Shown: piece after piece, positions 1 through 13,472 of the stretch
Layout: every line of letters begins with the position of its first letter
Numbering within the stretch: position 1 is the stretch's first letter
DNA from: Eledone cirrhosa
Taxonomy: Eukaryota
NCBI GenBank assembly: GCA_964016885.1
Contig: OZ024747.1
Location: 22,940,001-23,004,000, forward strand
Reading direction: 5' to 3'
Length of the DNA stretch: 64,000 bases
The notes under the pieces: model-generated
The model's database searches: none
Told to the model about the DNA's origin: nothing
The model's input: the letters and a program-made list of their open reading frames with translations, nothing else
Position numbers and translations under genes: made by a program

Positions 1-273
1 AACTGGCAAAGTCCACCTCTACGACCGATGTCCCAGGAGTTCTGTGTCCATCGTTTGTATTTTTATTTTAAAAAATAGTCTTTTAAGATTTCCCCTTAAA
101 AAATTGTTTTTCGTTTGTTGTCTTGTCCTCTCTTTGTTATTTTTTAAGCTTATATATATATATCTGACTGATCAGCCAGTCTGCTAATATGCAAGTCAGG
201 CCGATCAGTCACTGTATATTTTAGAAAATATCATTTATTTTCAGTAGCTCTGACAGTTGGCAGGTGAACAATA

Positions 274-319
274 AACTGCACTGATGAAGGGTAATCACAC
301 AGAAACAGTGTCTGCAGTT
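274..319 (+). ncRNA. Minimal type I hammerhead-like motif, degenerate stem II
   Basis: AACTGCA-CTGATGA(281-287)...GAAA(302-305)-CAGTG-TC-TGCAGTT; stem I is a perfect 7 bp, stem II pairs poorly. Confidence 0.6.
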
Positions 320-332
320 CTGTTTACATGCC

Positions 333-789
333 TGATTCATATTGATACAGCAGCTGGAGAATCTAATAATTGTTTCTACTTTAGGCACAAGGCCAGCAAT
401 TACCCAGTGCATTACTGGTACTTTATTTTATCGACCCCGTAAGGATGAAAGGCAAAGTCAACCTTGGCCGGATTTGAACTCAGATCGTAAAGGGACGTAA
501 CTATGCTGGAAAGCATGGCGTCCGACCCTCTACCGATACTGCCATTCCAATGTTATTTTACATTAAGGGCGGTGGATTGGCAGTATCGGTAGAGGGTCGG
601 ACGCCATGCTTTCCAGCATAGTTACGTCCCTTTACGATCTGAGTTCAAATCCGGCCAAGGTTGACTTTGCCTTTCATCCTTACGGGGTCGATAAAATAAA
701 GTACCAGTAATGCACTGGGTAATTGCTGGCCTTGTGCCTAAAGTAGAAACAATTATTAGATTCTCCAGCTGCTGTATCAATATGAATCA
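333..789. repeat. Inverted duplication containing two opposed tRNA-SINE copies (364-544 minus, 565-758 plus)
   Basis: Arms 333-544 and 578-789 are reverse complements, including about 30 bp of non-SINE flank. Confidence 0.9.
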
Positions 790-834
790 CAATAAAATTT
801 CGCCGGAGATAGATTAGCAAAATTTAATAATTTA

Positions 835-1162
835 ATTTTCGCCTAATGCAGTCCTTGGGGAAAAAAAATGAGAAAATCCTTTTTGCTCAAAACACTTTAA
901 ACGACGTAAGTAATGCAAATTTTGAAGAAATCGCCTGGATTGTTGTTCCGTTATGCCTAAAAAAAGCCTTTAAAGCCTAAAATATGCGGTTTTTCGCCTA
1001 ATGCGGTCCATAGGGCATTGAAAATTTGAAATATCTTTGGCTCAAAACACTCACACGACCATAAGTATTACATGTGTGAAGTTTGAAAAAAATCGGTTAG
1101 GTGGTTCTCGAGTTTTAGGGGGACAGACAGACAGACTTTCTCTGTTTTATATATATATATAG
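835..1162 (-). mobile_element. Non-autonomous Helitron-like fragment, same family as 12543-13326
   Basis: Shares CGCCTAATGCGGTCC...TCTCGAGTTTTAGGG..ACAGAC..CTCTGTTTTATATATAT with 13160-13326. Confidence 0.7.
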
Positions 1163-1258
1163 GGATATATATATATCAAATTACAAAATAAGAGGAAATA
1201 ATAGACCAAAATATACCTATTCTTTCTTCAAAGTCCCGACTGTGCAGTTTCGCTGATC

Positions 1259-2141
1259 CAATTATACATTATAGAAATACAACAATTATACATTATAGAA
1301 ATACAACAATTATACATTATAGAAATACAACAATTATACATTATAGAAATACAACAATTATACATTATAGAAATACAACAATTATACATTATAGAAATAC
1401 AACAATTATACATTATAGAAATACAACAATTATACATTATAGAAATACAACAATTATACATTATAGAAATACAACAATTATACATTATAGAAATACAACA
1501 ATTATACATTATAGAAATACAACAATTAGACATTATAGAAATACAACAATTAGACATTATAGAAATACAACAATTATACATTATAGAAATACAACAATTA
1601 TACATTATAGAAATACAACAATTATACATTATAGAAATACAACAATTAGACATTATAGAAATACAACAATTAGACATTATAGAAATACAACAATTATACA
1701 TTATAGAAATACAACAATTATACATTATAGAAATACAACAATTATACATTATAGAAATACAACAATTAGACATTATAGAAATACAACAATTATACATTAT
1801 AGAAATACAACAATTATACATTATAGAAATACAACAATTATACATTATAGAAATACAACAATTATACATTATAGAAATACAACAATTAGACATTATAGAA
1901 ATACAACAATTAGACATTATAGAAATACAACAATTAGACATTATAGAAATACAACAATTAGACATTATAGAAATACAACAATTAGACATTATAGAAATAC
2001 AACAATTATACATTATAGAAATACAACAATTAGACATTATAGAAATACAACAATTATACATTATAGAAATACAACAATTATACATTATAGAAATACAACA
2101 ATTATACATTATAGAAATACAACAATTATACATTATAGAAA
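1259..2141. repeat. 24-bp minisatellite, about 37 copies
   Basis: Unit CAATTA(T/G)ACATTATAGAAATACAA. Confidence 0.98.
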
Positions 2142-2352
2142 TGCACCATATATGTTATATATATCGGAGTTGTACATGTCTGATAAGGACTTGATCTGAA
2201 AACCCCAGCTTGAAACTAAAGTTATTGTCTCTTGGCATAACAACGCACAAAGACTGTTAAATTCGCTACAAAATTGATCATGTATTTCTTGGTTTCAAAA
2301 TTTTCGTCGAAGATTTTGCTACCTGAATACTGAGCCAGTCTCATCGCACATG

Positions 2353-2605
2353 CATACATACATATATACATTGCGATTGCTTCATTTTTGCAGATGATTG
2401 CCGTCTCCCGATGCACTCCAATCAACCGTCCCCAACTCCAAACGCCAGTTCATGGCTTCTTAGGTGGCTTTTAAGTCCAGCATTAGATTTGCACGGTCTG
2501 CAGCAAATGTGACAGGCAAAACATGTGCCCTCTATTGGATCGATTGTGTCAGTTTCTGGGATATTATCCTTATGTACCCTCATATGCCTTTTAAGACTAG
2601 TGGTT
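2353..2605 (-). mobile_element. 3' end of an RTE-like LINE with C2H2 zinc finger and (TGTA)n tail
   Basis: Minus frame reads CHICCRPCKSNAGLKSHLRSH, followed by a short UTR and a microsatellite tail. Confidence 0.7.
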
Positions 2606-2647
2606 ATATACATACACGCATGCATACATACATACATACATACATAC

Positions 2648-4420
2648 ATGGTGGTGGCTGCCAACTCGTTTTCGAGTACGGCCACTACTTTATATCCATG
2701 TAGGAGAGCCCCTACCGATGCGCTAAACAAGTGTGACTTTTAGTCCAGCCAGCGACTTGAAAACTCTGGTACAAACACTACACCTGTGACAATTATTGAC
2801 ACATAGTGTTGGGCCTTTGGTACCATGTGACGACAAGTGTAGAGAGATCTCCAGATATAAAGCAATGCCTGTGCCGTGAAGCTTTTATAGTGAGCAAAGG
2901 CACTGCACAAAGCCAGTCCCACTCTCTTAACCAAGATGATATTTACCAAAAAGAAGAACAAGTCAACATCATTGGATACCATCAGGGTTGCAGGTGTTAT
3001 ATCAGAGTTTTCCTTCTCCTAGAATTCTGCCTTGACAAAGGCTAAGGGGTCATCTCTCCCGGTGATTTTGGATGGCCATTGACTCTTAAGAGCTCCTTTG
3101 CCCTTTGACAGGTTTTGTTTTTAGTCCTGCAGGATGTCCAAAGTCACCCTCCTCACCAAGAAACCTTGGTGGGGTTGCCAGTTTAGTCGCCAACGACCCG
3201 ACCATACATACATATATATACATACATACATATATACATACATATATACATACATGGTGGCTGCCAACTCGTTTTCGAGTACGGCCACTACTTTATATCC
3301 ATGTAGGAGAACCCCTACCGATGCGCTGAACGAATGTGACTTTTTAGTCCAGCCAGCGACTTGAAAACTCTGGTACAAAGACTACACTTGTGACCATTAT
3401 TGACACATAGTGCAGGGCCCATGGTACCATGTGATGACAAGTGCAGAGAGATCTCCAGATACAAAGCAATGCCTGTGCTGTGAAGCTTTTATAGTGAGCA
3501 AAGGCACTGCACAAAGCCAGTCCCACTCTCTTAACCAAGATGATATTTACCAAAAAGAAGAACAAGTCAACATCATTGGATACCATCAGGGTTGCAGGTG
3601 TTATATCAGAGTTTTCCTTCTCCTAGAATTCTGCCTTGACAAAGGCTAAGGGGTCATCTCTCCCGGTGATTTTGGATGGCTATTGAGTCTTAAGAGCTCC
3701 CTTGCCCTTTGACAGGTTTTGTTTTTAGTCCTGCAGGATGTCCAAAGTCACCCTCCTCACCAAGAAACCTTGGTGGGGTTGCCAGTTTAGTCGCCAACGA
3801 CCCGACCATGAGACAGGTTGTACTGGGATACATGTTACCAGTAGCACCAACTGGTGACCTGACATATATACATACATACATACATACATACAGACATTAC
3901 ATATATACATGCATACATACATACAGATAGACAGACATTACATACATAACATACATACAGACATTACATACATTACATACAGAGACAGACATTACATACA
4001 TACATGCATACATGGTGGCTGCCAACTCGTTTTCGAGTATGGCCACTACTTTATATCCATGTAGGAGAACCCCTACCGATGTGCTGAACGAGTGTGACTT
4101 TTTAGTCCAGCCAGCGACTTGAAAACTTGTACAAACACTACACTTGTGACAATTATTGACACATAGTGCTGGGCCCATGGTACCATGTGACGACAAGTGC
4201 AGAGAGATCTCCAGATATAAAGCAATGCCTGTGTCGTGAAGTTTTTATAGTAAGCAAAGGCACTGCACAAAGCCAGTCCCACTCTCTTAACCAAGATGAT
4301 ATTTACCAAAAAGAAGAACATGTCAACATCATTGGATACCATCAGAGTTGTAGGTGTTATATCAGAGTTTTCCTTCTCCTAGAATTGAGCCTTGACAAAG
4401 GCTAAGGGGTCATCTCTCCC
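2648..4420 (-). mobile_element. Three head-to-tail copies of a short RTE-derived element (2648-3204, 3255-3862, 4012-4420)
   Basis: Shared 3' end GGCCGTACTCGAAAACGAGTTGGCAGCCACCA(TGTA)n; zinc-finger remnant CSVCTRVFKSLAGLK; RTE 5'UTR-like CTAGGAGAAGGAAAACTCTGA. Confidence 0.75.
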
Positions 4421-4848
4421 ATGCATACATACATACAGACATTACATAGAGAGAGACAGAGAGAGAGAGAGTTAGCTAGTTCCACAACAAACCAGCAAAC
4501 CAATACTCAAGAACACGTGCTTCACCGAAGGGATTTTCAACCTGGTGAAACACATGTCCGCGAACATGGTCCGCCAACTTGCTGTGAAACCAACTCCATA
4601 CTGAACTCGTCCTTTAGACTGAGTGCTCTACCAACTTCGCATATAACCTCCTATTTTTTTACCACTAAATATATATATATGTATAATTGTACTTACTCCA
4701 TGGATTATCGATTGAGGAACCTTCTAAGGATCACCCTAAGAACAACTTCAAGCAGTAACCCATATGTTGAGTCAGAAACCATTGTATGCTGAGAGTCCTT
4801 CATCCATGTTACTCAAACTCAAGTAACAGAAAATGATGACTAGAATAC

Positions 4849-4891
<43 letters not shown>

Positions 4892-5063
4892 GCACATATG
4901 TGTGTATGTATATGAAAGTGTATGTGTGCATGTTTGTGAGAGAAAGGAAGATAAAGAGAATGAATCTTTCTCTACAAAATAGGCATACTGGGGAAGAGGG
5001 GAATTGATAAAATGGAAGACAAAGGAAGTCACTTACTGAAGAACAAATTCTCAGCTGCCAGTC

Positions 5064-5124
<61 letters not shown>

Positions 5125-5150
5125 GTATATACATACACACACATATACAC

Positions 5151-5199
<49 letters not shown>

Positions 5200-5403
5200 T
5201 ATATATTTTATTTATGTTCATACTCAGAACAAGTAAAGCGCCACCTTCGGTTCAGTTATATATATATAACATATATACATATCATATATATATATAGATA
5301 CATATCATATATATACATATATATATAGATACATATCATATATATATATATACATAGATACATATATATATATAGATACAGATATATATATATAGAGAGA
5401 TAC

Positions 5404-5442
<39 letters not shown>

Positions 5443-5651
5443 TACATATATATATAGATACAGAGATATATATATATATAGATACATATATATATAGATA
5501 CAGAGACACATATACAGATATATATATATATAGATATATATATATATAGACATATATATATATAGATATATAGAGATATATATAGATACATATATATATA
5601 TATTATGAAAATAAAACAAAGAAGCCCTCAACACACCAAAAGTCCCCATTA

Positions 5652-5686
5652 GACAACAATGTTTCGTCCTATTAAGGACTCATCAG
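5652..5686 (-). ncRNA. Hammerhead core with 5' stem I strand lost to a short inversion
   Basis: Minus: CTGATGA-GTCCT-TAAT-AGGAC-GAAA-CATTGTTG-TC. Confidence 0.7.
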
Positions 5687-5905
5687 GACGAAACATTGTT
5701 GGCCAACAAAGACCTCCGACGTACTGAAGGCTTCCCTGTTCCATTTTCACAATTCTTCGGCTCTGTTTAATTACATTGAGCTATATCTTTTACTGTCATT
5801 TCTATAATACGAAGAGGGTGTTTAACTCCAACACACTCTAGTATTTTAATCCTTATATATATATATACATACATACATACATACATACATACATACATAC
5901 ATACA

Positions 5906-5941
<36 letters not shown>

Positions 5942-6049
5942 TACATACATACATACATACATACATACATACATACATACATACATACATACATACATAC
6001 ATGTATGCATGCATACCTGCAAACATACATATATATATATACATTATTT

Positions 6050-6177
6050 ATTTACGATCTGAGTTCAAATCCCGCCGAGGTTGACTTTGCCTTTCATCCT
6101 TACGGGGTCGATAAAATAAAGTACCAGTAATGCACTGGATAATTGCTGGCCTTGTGCCTTAAGTACAAACAATTATT
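6050..6177 (+). mobile_element. 5'-truncated tRNA-derived SINE
   Basis: GAGTTCAAATCCC B-box plus the family body GACTTTGCCTTTCATCCTTACGGGGTCGATAAAATAAAGTACCAG. Confidence 0.9.
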
Positions 6178-6319
6178 TATTTACGTAAAGCACAGAGCGT
6201 ATGTGCATAAACACACACGCACCGTACTGTATTATGGCAGTATTGTGTTAGCTCAATGTATAAGAACAGAGCCGTTATATGTAAAAGAAACCAAAGAACG
6301 CTTACATACTGAAACAGTC

Positions 6320-6380
6320 TTTATTCACTTACAATGTTTCATCCTCATCTTTTGGCAGGATTCATCAGAGCCTAATAAAT
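6320..6380 (-). ncRNA. Minimal type I hammerhead
   Basis: Minus: GGCT-CTGATGA-ATCCT...AGGAT-GAAA-CATTG-TA-AGT. Confidence 0.65.
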
Positions 6381-6729
6381 ACAGTGTTGAGTATAAGCTA
6401 CACAGAAACCCAGTCACACGAACAATCAGAATAAAGATAGGGAGATTGGAGATGGCTAACAAAGAAGTGCATGCTGGGGTTGTCAAGCATTATTGCTAAA
6501 TGCCAAGGCACAAGCGGATTCAACAAGATGAAGATATAGTAGATGGCACACAAAAAATACAGAATGTAAAAGCAAAAAGTGCAAAAGCATCAAAAAGTAC
6601 ATAAAAAGACATAAAAATACATAAAAAAATACATAAAAAATACAGGCAAAGGTTAAAACATAATATAAATTATAATAAAGTAATAACAAATATAAAAATA
6701 ATAAAGATAATAAGATAAAATAAAATAAT

Positions 6730-7304
6730 ATATATATACATACATACATACATACATACATACATGTATGCATACCTACAAACATGCATACATATATACA
6801 TATATACATACATACATACATACATACATACATACACACTCACACATATATGTATATATATATGCAGTATTTACAAAAACTGATACATACACATACACAC
6901 ACATATGTACACCCACATACTCATATACATGTTTGTGTGTGTGTATGTCTGTGTGTGTATGTGTGTTTGTGCGTGTGCGTGTATGTGTGTGTATGCGTGC
7001 GTGCGTGTGTATGTGTGCGCATGTTTGTGTGCGTGTAAGTCTGTATGCGTATGTGTGCGTGATTATGCGTGTGTGTGTGTGACTGTGTGTATGTGTGTGT
7101 GTGTATATGTGTGTGTGAGTGTATGTGTTAATGCGCGTGTGCGTGTGTGTGTGTATATGTGTGTGTGAGCGTGTGTGCGTGTATGCCTGTATGTGTACGT
7201 GTGTGTATGCGTGTGTGTATGTGTGTATGCGTGTGTGTATGTGTGTGCGTATGTCTGTAAGTTTATATGTGTGTATGTGTGTGTATGTCTGCATGTGTGT
7301 GTGT

Positions 7305-7399
<95 letters not shown>

Positions 7400-7830
7400 A
7401 AATTTCACTTTAGTGGTGTGAATATAAGTAATGTCGGGTAAATCTGCAGAGAAAGCAATATCTGTTAGAGAGGGAGTAGGAGGGGAAGAGGGGGGGGGGA
7501 GGAGGTTATAGTAATTGTGGTCCAGAACTGACTGCTATCAAATGTAAACAGACTGGGGCTAATTATTGTTACTGTCTGGTCTGGCAGTGGTAGTGATGCT
7601 GGTGGTGGCGGTAGTGTAGTGGTGGTGGTGGCGGTGATGGTGGTGGTGGTGGTGATGCTGGTGGTGTTTGTGGCAATGGTGGTGGCGGTGCTTGTGGCAA
7701 TGGTGGTGGTGGTGGTGGTGGCGGTGATGGTTGTGGTGATTGGGAGGCAATGGTAGTGGTGGTGGCAATGGTGGTGGTGGTGGTGGTGATGGTGTAGTGG
7801 TTGAGGTGGTGCAGCAGTGGTTGCGTTGCA
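6730..7830. repeat. Compound microsatellites (TACA)n, (TG)n, (GGT)n
   Basis: Simple repeats read directly. Confidence 0.9.
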
Positions 7831-8289
7831 GTGGTAATGGTTGTGGTGTTGTGATAATGTGTAGGTAAATGTGTGCGTAAGCATAAACATCAGCAATCTA
7901 TACTATTACTACCCCAGTAATACTAGCCTGGACTGTGTGAGACAACGCTCTCGGGTGTGCAGAACCCCAGGAGCAAGCTGCCTCGTGGCTCTAGCGGACA
8001 GAATGGAGAAAGCATTACCCCCGAAGGATGGCAAAGAAGACGCATTTTAATAACCATTCCTACTCGCGGAGCCAACTCCATCCCAATAGCATTGAGTCGA
8101 GTGGTGGTTCAAGGACCAAGAACTCCCAAAGTCTCCAACGCTACAGATTCAACGACAAGCCTTACATAAAGAGACCTATACTCTAACAGCCTGAGACCTT
8201 CAGCTTGTCGGGCAATGAAATCTGTCTGTCACTGAATGTACCAGGTTGCTGCCGGAGAAAGTGTCATTGCATGTCGCATCCCAGATGAG

Positions 8290-8430
8290 GGGCTCTGTGG
8301 TTAAGGGGTTAGCTTCGCAAACCATGTGGCTCGAAGTTCAGTTCTTCTGCGTGGTACATTGGGCAAATATCTTCTACTATAGCCTCGGGTTGACCAAAAC
8401 ACTGGGAGTCGAAAACTGCCGTAGACACTT
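8290..8430 (+). mobile_element. Degenerate CORE-type SINE
   Basis: GTGGTTAAG A-box; CORE-like TTGGGCAAATATCTTCTACTATAGCCTCGGG. Confidence 0.65.
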
Positions 8431-8471
8431 ATGACACTGCAGAATACATATATATATATATATATATATAT

Positions 8472-8597
8472 ACGAAAAGACTCAAGAGCCCCACGGCTGA
8501 GCTCTGGCCTTTCCTATTACCCACTCTACTACCCTAAGTATCGAGTACTCTGGTGCGTTATGGTCCACCTGGTTCCTTACCACACTTTCTTTGTTAT
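8472..8597 (+). mobile_element. (TA)n-flanked dispersed element, other copies at 40041-40163, 57296-57502 and 58851-59045
   Basis: Shared CCTATTACCCACTCTACTACCCTAAGTAT.GAGTACTCTGGTGCGTTATGG...CCTTACCACA. Confidence 0.85.
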
Positions 8598-8605
8598 ATA
8601 TATAC

Positions 8606-8666
<61 letters not shown>

Positions 8667-8939
8667 TATATACATATGTGTGTGTGTGTGTGTGTATGTG
8701 TATCTACGCCTGTGTTTATGCCCCATAACGTAGGAGTTCAACAAAAAGAGACCGACGTTCTAAAGGCTCTGCCAATCGCCGTCTGGCGGGGGAGGGGGGG
8801 GGGGAGATTAATGATATAGTTGTTTAAATCGATCCCCACTACTTGACGATTATTTTATTTCACCGCCCCCAGAAGGATGAGTGGCAGAGTCGAGCTCGAG
8901 TTTGATTTGAACTCAGAAATTAAGAGATGTAAACTAAAT

Positions 8940-9129
8940 AACTGTTTCTACTTTTGGCACAAGGCCAGCAATTAACCAGTGCATTACTGGTACTTTATTT
9001 TATCGACCCCGTAAGGATGAAAGGCAAAGTAAACCTCGGCGGCATTTGAACTCAGAATGGCAAGGACCGTAACTCTATGCGTCAAAGCATGGCGTCCGAA
9101 CCTCTACCGATACTGCCAATCCACCGCCT
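8940..9129 (-). mobile_element. tRNA-SINE inserted into an older SINE, with 17-bp target-site duplication
   Basis: GATGTAAACTAAATAAC at 8926-8942 and 9131-9147. Confidence 0.9.
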
Positions 9130-9892
9130 GGATGTAAACTAAATAACACAAGATATTTTGTACATCCTTCAACCACCTTCCAGCAACAATTACAGTAAAA
9201 TATAGCGTTTTGTGTTACGAATTATTTTCAATATATTATGAAAAGTAAAAACAGATTAAAATCTTTATAAACTTCCTGGCTTAAAATATCAAAGCTATTT
9301 TTACACATACGATTTGAAAAGACGTAGACAAAGCGCTTCCTAAATCTATTTCTGCTGAAGCAAAACGTCGGCGTGTTTTTTCAAGATACGAACCAGACTT
9401 ATTGCTCATGTATATTGCAATGGCCGCTAAGAGGGGTTTGAAAGATAAAGTTTTAAATCCTTTTTAGTGTTTCTATGTGAGAAAAATCAAAATCAAAAGA
9501 AAATAAACAAGAAAAAAAAGAAGTTGACAATACGAAGATTAGCATGACTGGTTTAAAGAATCCCTGCTGATGTTTATAAAAGAACATTTGCCATACTTAA
9601 TGTTGCGGAAAAGTCACATTTTCTGTGTGCAGCTCCCAAATGAGACAATAGCTTTTAAATGGTGGAGGGGGCCTTAGAAAGCCCCCTCCTCCTAAAAAAA
9701 AAAATATATATATAAAATAAAATAAAAAATAGACATATGGCTTCAAACGTTAGAACTGCTTTCGTACAAAAACTACTGGAAATTGACAATTATTCGAATC
9801 TATAAAGATGTTGGTCTACTGATTGAACGTTTAGCAGTCTGTATTCCGTTAACAGCGCTACATTTTGATCACAAACCCGGACACTGCCACAC

Positions 9893-10330
9893 GTATTGTG
9901 TAGAGGTCTTGACCAATAGCATCCTTTGTATTGTGTAGAGGTCTTGACCAATAGCTTCCTTTGTATTATGTAGACGTCTTGACCAATCGCTTCCTTTGTA
10001 TTGTCTAAAGGTCTTGACTAATAGCTTCCTTTCTATTGCGTAGATGTCTTGACCAATCACTTCCTCTGTATTGTCTAAAGGTCTTGACCAATCGCTTCCC
10101 TCGTATTGTGTAGAGGTCTTGATCAATCACTTCCTTCATGTTGTGAAAAGGTCTTGATCGATCGCTTCCATCGCATTGTCTAAAGGTCTTGACCAATCGC
10201 TTGTTAGACCAATCTCTATACAATATATTGTATAGAGATATTGACCAATTGCTTCTTTCGTATTGTGTAGAGGTCTTGACCAAACGCTTCCTTGTGTTGT
10301 GTAGAGGTCTTGACCAATCGCTTCCTTTTC
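9893..10330. repeat. 35-bp minisatellite, about 12 diverged copies
   Basis: Unit GTATTGTGTAGAGGTCTTGACCAATCGCTTCCTTT. Confidence 0.9.
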
Positions 10331-10334
10331 ATGT

Positions 10335-10540
10335 CAGTCACGATCGAGACATCTGGTGTCCTCGGTTTCCGAACTGCCGTTTTCCTCCGCTAAATTAGGA
10401 GGAGTGTGTCACTCCTGACGAAGGAGCCCTTTGAGGTAATGGGACTGATACAGTAAAGATCGTTGGCTCTTCTCCTCAGCAATGTCTTCACCATTATATC
10501 CGTGGGAGGCAGCTGGTATATACCGCCTTGATTATAATGT
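10335..10540 (+). mobile_element. Decayed CRE-clade retrotransposon fragment (restriction-like endonuclease C-terminus)
   Basis: VTIETSGVLG...FLR*IRR...LLLSNVFTI; homologous to 17830-18030 on the minus strand. Confidence 0.6.
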
Positions 10541-12433
10541 AAAGTTTACCGTCCGCTCCTTCTCATTACTTTCATTATTTATTTTATTAAATGTTCTTAT
10601 TGCAAACATTACATAATTTAATTGAAATATGATTCTATATTATATCCATAGCTAGTTCTTATTCCTCGCTGGTCCAGCCCACCTGTCTGAAAATAATATA
10701 ATTATTTAGAGTGAGAGGGGTCTTGGATGATCAAACTCATACCTATACAAACTTTCTAGATTATTTAAAACCTCCTTTGACTAACTGACAACCACCGACT
10801 TTCAAACACGTTGCAATGATTAGTCCTCGGAGACAGCTTGCACTTCCACCGTATCTTTAGTCCATATACTTATTATATGTTAATGTTCTGAACTTGGAGT
10901 ATTTGTATTCGTGTAATAACTTGAGGTGTTTGTTCTGAGCTCAAATCTCGTTGTGACTTACTTGATTAGTAGGGCGAGATTAGCGTCTGGTACGGGCTAT
11001 GTAGGGCATTGCTATTTAGCGTGTTGAGTGCAGTGTGTTGATAGAGCCGTTAGACAACCAGACGAAATGTTTTGCGTCATTTGGTCTAGTGTTTTACGCT
11101 CTGAGTTCAAATTCTGCCTTTCATCCACCCGAGATTAATAAAATACTATACCGGTCAAGTACAGGAGTCGATATAATCGACCTTCCCTACACCATAGCTT
11201 GTTATGTGATTATGAAATATTAACAATGTTGAATTTAAACTATTGTAAATCTCTCCAAGAAGTGATGCTTTCTTTGGTACAATAAAGAAGAAACTATAAA
11301 ATCGAAGAATTTAGAATTGAAAGGAAATTATTCTACATTCTGAATTTGAAATGAAAAGAAATAATACATTTATAAATATATTTATACATTTTCTGTTGAA
11401 ATTAGATTTTATGGTTTTTGCTGTTTTTGTTAAGCACATGAATCTTATTTGATCAAATAGACTTATGATCAATGCATTCTAAACGTGACTACCCTGTCTT
11501 ATTTTTTCCACACATAGTGTCTCTAGATCTATATTATTTAATGTATATTTCCTTCTTCTTTAAAGAATGTAAAGTGGGATTTGAGTGGGGTTTTAGCTGC
11601 TCTGTCTTGCAGGTCGAACGACCACGTAGATATCTCTACCAGATCATAACTCTGTCATAAATCGCAGAACTTACAGCACGACGACGCTAGAATATTGTAC
11701 GGAAAATATATCATTTATCATTGTTTTTCTTCCTTGGTGGTTTAAGATGGGTGTAATTGAAATTTAACACAGAGAAACGCTGTCGGTTATGCTTTCAGAC
11801 AGCAATTTCCGATGATATTAAGAAAAAGGGACTGCTATAATCCCCAAACATGGAAACAATTAGGAACTGTTCCGACAATCGTAAGTAATCTATCTTCATA
11901 ATGTATCAACGAAGTAAAAATAAAGAATTTTAAGAAAAAACAATAACAACAACAACAAAAACAAAAATCAAATCAAAACTAAAACAAGAATGGAAATTAA
12001 TAAAAAATAAATGTAGCGTAAAATTTGGAAAACTGAATTTTGATCTCAGCAGAGGATTAGTTGAAGGAATAAAATTCAAATTGACGAATGGAAAAAAAAG
12101 TGAAGAAAGGAAAAGAAAGTGAGACGAAGTATACATTTAGAAATAGAATGATTTCATGATGGTGCTGTGAAATTACAGCGGATAATCATCCGGTATTTGT
12201 CTATCTCTTGTTCCTTATTATGTCACTATCAATAACATTATTTATAACAAGCAAACAGCTTGTTCAGCAGAAAGTGAAACCGGGTAGTTGGGAGAGGATG
12301 GTTTTTAGTGTTAAAATGTGGTGACTAATAAATATATACAGAAACTTACTGTTTGTTTTGTATGAAGTAAACGGGTGAACGTGTGTGTGTGTGTAAATAA
12401 ATATATGTATAAATAAATATGTATATATGTATA

Positions 12434-12479
<46 letters not shown>

Positions 12480-12542
12480 GAATATACATATATATGTATA
12501 TGTATATATAAATATATATATGTATATATAAATATATATATA

Positions 12543-13326
12543 CTAGCAGAATGGCCCGGCGTTGCTCGGGATTTGCTATAGGGTTCTTATATATTTGATA
12601 TATATTTATCCTTATCGAACCTCGTGAAATAAATACGTTTGTTTATATTTTGTTATTGTGTATGCAAAAATATCTGTCCATAAATATATAATTATATATA
12701 TAAATTATTTATTAAAATGACAGACTAAAGTTTAAGCAAAGAATCACTGCTTTCACCCTTAACGGGATATTCTACCTAAAAACAGTATGAAGTACATACA
12801 CTAAGACTAATTGATGTAATATTTGGCCTTGTTTGTTTATATTTTGTTTTTGTGTGTGCAAAAATATCTGTACACGAATATCTATATTAAAATAACATAT
12901 TAATGTTTAAGCAAAGAATCGCTGCTTTCAACCTTAACGGGATCTTCTTAAACTAAAAAAATCAATCTGGAAAATAGGAAGACGATACTTTGGTTCGTGA
13001 AGACGTTCCCTGGCATAAGAATATATACACACACACACTGATCGCGTCATAATGACGTAATGCAGACAGTCAGGCATACAGACAGATATTATATGCATAT
13101 TCATATCTATGTATCTATCTAAAAAGAGAAAGACTAAGAGAAAGAGAAAGAGACCGCTAAATCGCCTAATGCGGTCCCTAGGGCATTGAAAATTTGAAAT
13201 ATTTTTGCTCAAAACACTTCCGTGGTCATACGAGTTACATGTATAAAGTTTGAAAAAAACCGGTTGGGTACTTCTCGAGTTTTAGGGAAACAGACACACA
13301 GACATCCTCTGTTTTATATATATAGA
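12543..13326 (-). mobile_element. Non-autonomous Helitron
   Basis: Minus: 5' TCTATATATATAAAA; 3' hairpin CCCGAGCAACGCCGGG then CTAG; inserted between A and T. Confidence 0.85.
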
Positions 13327-13383
13327 TATGTATATGCATATATATAAATAAATATATATATAAGTATATGTATATATATATAA

Positions 13384-13472
<89 letters not shown>

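Noticed and set aside
565-660. tRNA gene
   Set aside because: The A/B boxes belong to SINE heads; no cloverleaf, and they are followed by the SINE body
1228-2133. 301-aa (MYNCCISI)n ORF or CRISPR-like array
   Set aside because: Pure 24-bp tandem repeat with no spacers
2422-2730. Host C2H2 zinc-finger gene
   Set aside because: The finger sits at a LINE 3' end with a microsatellite tail; no TGEKP linkers or splice context
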